Below, piece after piece: positions 63,277-64,000 of a stretch of DNA of 64,000 bases. Origin of the DNA: Octopus bimaculoides (Eukaryota); assembly GCF_001194135.2 (NCBI RefSeq), contig NC_068986.1, positions 1,445,314 to 1,509,313 on the forward strand, given 5' to 3'. The notes beneath the pieces are model-generated. The model saw only the letters and a list, made by a program, of their open reading frames with translations. It was not told the DNA's origin and ran no database searches. Position numbers and translations under genes: made by a program. Each line of letters begins with the position of its first letter. The first letter of the stretch is position 1.

Positions 63277-64000
63277 TTCTAGAGCATCTTCTTTGGTCTT
63301 GTAGCAGCTGATCTCCTTTTATCTTTTAGTTGTTTCAGTCATTGGACTGTGACCATACTGGAGCACTGCTTCAAAGGTTTTTTTAATCAAATGAATTGAT
63401 CCCAGCACTAATTTTTTCTTTAAAACCTGGTACATATTTTATCAGTTTCTTTTGCTGAACTGCTAAGTTATGCGGATGTAAACAAACCAACACTGGTTGC
63501 CAAGTGATGGTGGCAACAAACACAAACACATACACACATGAAAGGCTTCTTTCGGTTTCCAAATACTCACAAGGCTTTGGTTGGCCTGGATCTATAGCAG
63601 AAGACACTTGTCCAAAGTGACACACAGTAGAACTGAACCCAGAACTTTGTGGCTGGCAAGTAAACACAGCCCCTGAACCTGTGCCAATGATGATGACATT
63701 ACTATGGTAATCATTTCATGTATTATCTCCCTGTGCTACATGATTGATTGTGCGAGTGACTAGTGCACAATCTGCCTTATCAGATATTTTCAACATCTCA
63801 ATGATTTACCAGACAGCATAGCAGCTTTTCCTGATTTTATATCCTTAATTGCACTTGCAATTATATTGCTGGAAAACTTTAGGGGCTGGTTCCTCTAATG
63901 AACCACCAACAAACCACACAACCAACAACCAAACATGTCTACACAATTATATACATATATACTATATACATGTATGAATATATATATATATATATATATA

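Overview
AT-rich, microsatellite- and retroposon-dense animal DNA from a gapped assembly with 10 N-runs. The SINE/LINE content and the (TA)n/(AAT)n load point to a coleoid cephalopod, most likely Octopus (inference, no database search). Two convergent, intron-containing solute-carrier genes are partly present. On the + strand are the last five coding exons of the mitochondrial citrate/tricarboxylate carrier SLC25A1 (2204-18466; the 5' exons lie outside the window). On the - strand are the last three exons of an SLC22 (OCT/OAT/OCTN-family) MFS transporter (61454 to 47835). The rest is mobile-element debris: four tRNA-SINE-like families, several RTE and CR1 LINE fragments, and mariner, Tigger-like and hAT DNA elements. 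The main highlights are: (1) an intact minimal type I hammerhead ribozyme on the - strand (35001-35070), enclosed by a 61-bp inverted repeat in a (TA)n-embedded Penelope-like/retrozyme-like element; (2) a 6.3-kb chain of about 20-25 same-orientation SINEs linked by (TTA)n tails, just downstream of the SLC22 stop; (3) an RTE LINE with a PHD-type C4HC3 finger inserted inside its RT C-terminal region; (4) a tandem double-hairpin array in an RTE 3' UTR whose terminal stem-loop is shared with SINEs; and (5) a ~16-unit palindromic minisatellite. Almost all other ORF-track entries are microsatellite read-throughs or antisense shadows. Boundaries of decayed repeats are approximate and were read by eye.
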